Assembly (NCBI GenBank): GCA_046761065.1
Contig: JBHIFL010000074.1
Location: 1 to 19,782, forward strand
Direction of reading: 5' to 3'
Source: Candidatus Heimdallarchaeota archaeon
Lineage (GTDB): Archaea > Asgardarchaeota > Wukongarchaeia > Wukongarchaeales > JBHIFL01
Length of the DNA stretch: 19,782 nucleotides
Shown here: in pieces, positions 17,182-19,782 of the stretch
Numbering within the stretch: position 1 is the stretch's first letter
Layout: each line of letters opens with the position of its first letter
Translations under genes and position numbers: made by a program
Notes under the pieces: model-generated
Told to the model about the DNA's origin: nothing
The model's input: only the letters and a program-made list of their open reading frames with translations
Databases searched by the model: none

Positions 17182-18183
17182 CTATGACTCTAATAATAGC
17201 GTATAAGGATCAAAGTTTCCATAGGGGAAGGGGTTTTCTGCCCCATCAGCGGTTACAAGCACTTTCTGTTGTTCATCCCTAAATTCTCCAACAATTGTTG
17301 CTTCAATCCCTCTCTTCTTAAGATGCTCCATGAATTGTTTTTCTTTCGAGGGAGTTAACGCCCCCGTGATAACCCCCGTTGATGATGTCCCAAGAATCTG
17401 ATTCAAAGATAAATGATATGCTTTAACAAGTGCGTGGAATTCTTCGCTGATGGGAAGTTTTTCTAAGGAAACACGGAACCCGAGCTTCGAGGCATCCGCC
17501 AGCTCATTGAGGGCAATAATGAAACCTCCCTCCGTGATGTCTTTCATGGCAGACACAGCTCTCGATTGAGTAATGGTTAACGCATCCTTGACACAACTTT
17601 GCATCTCGATCATGTTTTGAAATGCCTGCACCTTGGAATGGCCAAAAAGTTCGTTAGCTTCGCTCTCTTTGAAGAAGGAGTAATTGATTAAGACCTCAAG
17701 GCCTAAATTTTTGGTAATAAATATTTTGTCTCCTGGTTGCGCGCCAGCTGGGGTTATCAAGTTCCTTTTCAAGCCTATTCCCAAAGCCGTGCAGGTACCA
17801 GTTATCTCAAAAATACCAGAGTACGTTCCTGAATGCCCTGTGACTAAGGAGATATCAAGATCTTTTGTAGTATTGCAAACTTGGGTCATTATGCGCTTGA
17901 AAATATCTTTTGACGTATTAAGTGGAGCAAGGATGTTGACACTGCAGAGGCGTGGGGGGATGCCAAATAGAGCGACATCAGAACATGCAAAATGAATCAG
18001 GAACCACCCAAACCAAGCCTCCGGCACCCCTACACAGGGATCTGTCGCAATTACCACACATCTCTCGTTATCTAGGTTAAATACTCCTGCGTCAAATCCT
18101 GGTCTTGGGGGAATCAAGACTTCTGGATCGTGGGCTATGCATGCGATGATCTCCTGTAAGTCTTCCGCTAAGAATTTGCCCAT
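17182..18183 (-). CDS. AIR-synthase-related (PurM/HypE/ThiL superfamily) ATP-binding protein
   Basis: PRPGFDAGV, ATDP, SDVA, VTGHSG, GAQPGDKIFITK and AMKDITEGG. GGTGG RBS. Confidence 0.85.
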   Translation of the reverse strand: MGKFLAEDLQEIIACIAHDPEVLIPPRPGFDAGVFNLDNERCVVIATDPCVGVPEAWFGWFLIHFACSDVALFGIPPRLCSVNILAPLNTSKDIFKRIMTQVCNTTKDLDISLVTGHSGTYSGIFEITGTCTALGIGLKRNLITPAGAQPGDKIFITKNLGLEVLINYSFFKESEANELFGHSKVQAFQNMIEMQSCVKDALTITQSRAVSAMKDITEGGFIIALNELADASKLGFRVSLEKLPISEEFHALVKAYHLSLNQILGTSSTGVITGALTPSKEKQFMEHLKKRGIEATIVGEFRDEQQKVLVTADGAENPFPYGNFDPYTLLLES

Positions 18184-18222
18184 TCTCGAATAACCACCAT
18201 ATATATAGGAAGGGCTTACAAG

Positions 18223-18720
18223 TTAATCGAGGAATTGAACGCCATCTTTTGTAGTATCAAAGGGAATCTAATCAATCGGATGAGATTCACCTTCCATTTT
18301 GACGATCCGTAATTCGCGTCTATTTTTATCTTTCTCCACATTAATTCGAAAGAAGATGAGGTTATAAGCTGTTTTAAATGCTAATTTCCTTACTCTCGCC
18401 ACATTGTAGCCTGATAGCTCAAGGGTCACTTAGATATTCATGAAAGTGTTGAAATGCCTGAATTCCAATGAGTTTTTTCTGTACCTCATAAGGTTCGATA
18501 TCCCAGCCAAAGCTTTTGAAATGCCAGCGTAAGCGTGGGAATGGTTTGTCCATCACGTCAAAAGAAACAGTTTCGCCATTCTGAAGACCCTGGCAAAGAA
18601 ATGCATCGCAAAAACCATTTTTACTGTGCCATTAGGTCCATAAAGGATAGTTTGAGAACCCGGTTCAATCCAATCGACCAAAGCATCAAATCTTTTAATG
18701 CCAGTTTTCAGTTTTGTCAT
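18223..18720 (-). pseudogene. KaiC/GvpD/RAD55-family RecA-like ATPase, decayed
   Basis: GGTGA RBS, then from ATG 18720: MTKLKTGIKRFDALVDWIEPGSQTILYGPNGTVKMVFAMHF /frameshift ~18595/ QGLQNGETVSFDVMDKP...FKSFGWDIEPYE...DP /frame break ~18420/ ...NLIFFR...RRELRIVKMEGESHPID*IPFDTTKDGVQFLD*. Walker A is degenerate, the Walker B segment is missing, and there is a TAG at 18268-18270. Not in the ORF track. Confidence 0.85.
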
Positions 18721-18893
18721 GAGATTATCACCTAAATTTTTCTAAGCATTTATAAATGGTTTTCGGATCTTTATATAGTTCATTCCTCAAAATAAACTCC
18801 TTATGCAACAAAGTCTTCAAACCTATCTTCTTTCACTATTTATTACATTTAAGTCATATACAATAAAATTATTCGATTAGCTGAGGTGTCTTC

Positions 18894-19775
18894 ATGAGCG
18901 AAGAAGATATTCCTAAGATAGTGAAGCTTAAAGCTACTATCTTAGCAGAAAATACTGCAAGCTTTAATTTACTAGCTGAATGGGGGCTCGCAACTTACAT
19001 TCAAACAAAATTCGAAAATGGACGTAAACTCACGATTTTACTAGATACAGGTTTAACTGGCGATGTTTTACTTCATAATGCCAAGAAACTGAACATTGAT
19101 CTCTCAAAAATAGATGCGATAGTGATCAGTCATGGGCATCTTGACCACACTGGGGGCCTTTTGAAAACACTTGATGGAATTGGAAAGCGACTACCTGTGA
19201 TCCTTCATCCAGACGCCATGCAGCCAAAATTTCGCATGAAAGAATATCAACCATTTGAGATAGGTCTACCTTTTGCGATTTCTGAATTGCACAAAAGAAC
19301 CGTGGTTGTTCCTGTAAACTCACCGTTTTGGTTCCACCCATTGGTTTTAACATCCGGTGTAATCACGAGAGAAACATCCTTTGAGCAAATTAAGGGATTC
19401 TCAACCGTCAAAAAGGCCTGTTGGGAAAAAGACATTATCCAAGATGATATGGCATTAATCTTTAACCTTGAAGAGAAAGGATTAGTGGTTTTCACGGGCT
19501 GTGCCCACAGTGGTATTTGCAACACAATTAGAACCGTAAAAAAAGTGACGGCTAACGAAACAATTCACGCCATTATCGGTGGGTTTCATCTTGTAGATGC
19601 ATCAGAAGAGCGAATTGACCTCACTATCAGAGAAATGGAACGTTTAAATGCAGAACTCTTGGCTCCATGTCACTGCACAGGATTTTCGGCTAGGATGCAA
19701 ATCGCATACACATTTCCTGAAACCTTTTATTCAGTACTCGGAAAAGTAACTTGGAGGGAATTTCGCCTCCTATGA
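18894..19775 (+). CDS. COG1237 MBL-fold metallohydrolase (family annotated as 7,8-dihydropterin-6-yl-methyl-4-(beta-D-ribofuranosyl)aminobenzene 5'-phosphate synthase)
   Basis: AEWGL, ILLDTG, ISHGHLDHTGGL, DDMAL, TGCAHSGICN, IIGGFHL and PCHCTG. GAGGTG RBS. The last ~14 codons look atypical. Confidence 0.88.
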   Translation: MSEEDIPKIVKLKATILAENTASFNLLAEWGLATYIQTKFENGRKLTILLDTGLTGDVLLHNAKKLNIDLSKIDAIVISHGHLDHTGGLLKTLDGIGKRLPVILHPDAMQPKFRMKEYQPFEIGLPFAISELHKRTVVVPVNSPFWFHPLVLTSGVITRETSFEQIKGFSTVKKACWEKDIIQDDMALIFNLEEKGLVVFTGCAHSGICNTIRTVKKVTANETIHAIIGGFHLVDASEERIDLTIREMERLNAELLAPCHCTGFSARMQIAYTFPETFYSVLGKVTWREFRLL

Positions 19776-19782
19776 GCTTTTT
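19731..19782. mobile_element. Possible IS terminus (ISH3/IS4-like CAGT end) at the window edge
   Basis: TCAGTACTCGGAAAAGT starts where the COG1237 protein appears to stop resembling its family. No transposase or partner repeat is visible. Confidence 0.25.

Noticed and set aside
2328-18270. Genome-wide TAG reassignment (pyrrolysine or Trp)
   Set aside because: sucD, thiP, the HgcAB-like gene and the surface protein all end in TAG at their natural C-termini. Most genes with internal TAGs also carry frameshifts or other stops. No pyl genes are in the window.
2765-19525. Short antisense or alternate-frame ORFs in the track (e.g. 3407..3766, 6591..6884, 10006..10458, 10459..10977, 17684..17995, 18535..18735, 19247..19525)
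   Set aside because: They are shadows of well-supported genes or pseudogenes and have no motifs of their own.
1-19782. tRNA or rRNA genes
   Set aside because: No cloverleaf with a T-loop consensus or rRNA-like segment was recognised by eye in the intergenic gaps.

Overview
Archaeal chromosomal window. Evidence: GAGGTGA/GGTGA Shine-Dalgarno sites, TATA-like promoters, a beta-CASP RNase, a KaiC/RAD55-type ATPase remnant and a surface protein with a PGF-CTERM-like tail. An Asgard-like lineage is a guess. Left to right: the 5' end of a beta-CASP ribonuclease (missed by the ORF track); an AT-rich run of three decayed membrane genes (PAP2 phosphatase, unknown membrane protein, ICMT/PEMT-type methyltransferase); an intact CpaM-like SAM methyltransferase and fused HgcAB-like corrinoid/2x[4Fe-4S] membrane protein, which lie in one reading frame separated only by a TAG plus 3 codons; sucCD; an HExxH Zn-peptidase; an ArsR-HTH fusion with a candidate operator and an internal ribosome-binding site; an ArsB/NhaD/SLC13 permease; a 7-repeat beta-propeller surface protein broken by one TAG; thiP-thiB without an ATPase; a GNAT; an AIR-synthase-family protein; a KaiC-like pseudogene (missed by the ORF track); and a COG1237 MBL-fold protein whose 3' end may be hit by an IS end. 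The most interesting element is the CpaM + fused HgcAB-like methyl-transfer module, whose substrate is unknown. All family calls come from motif recognition, not database searches.
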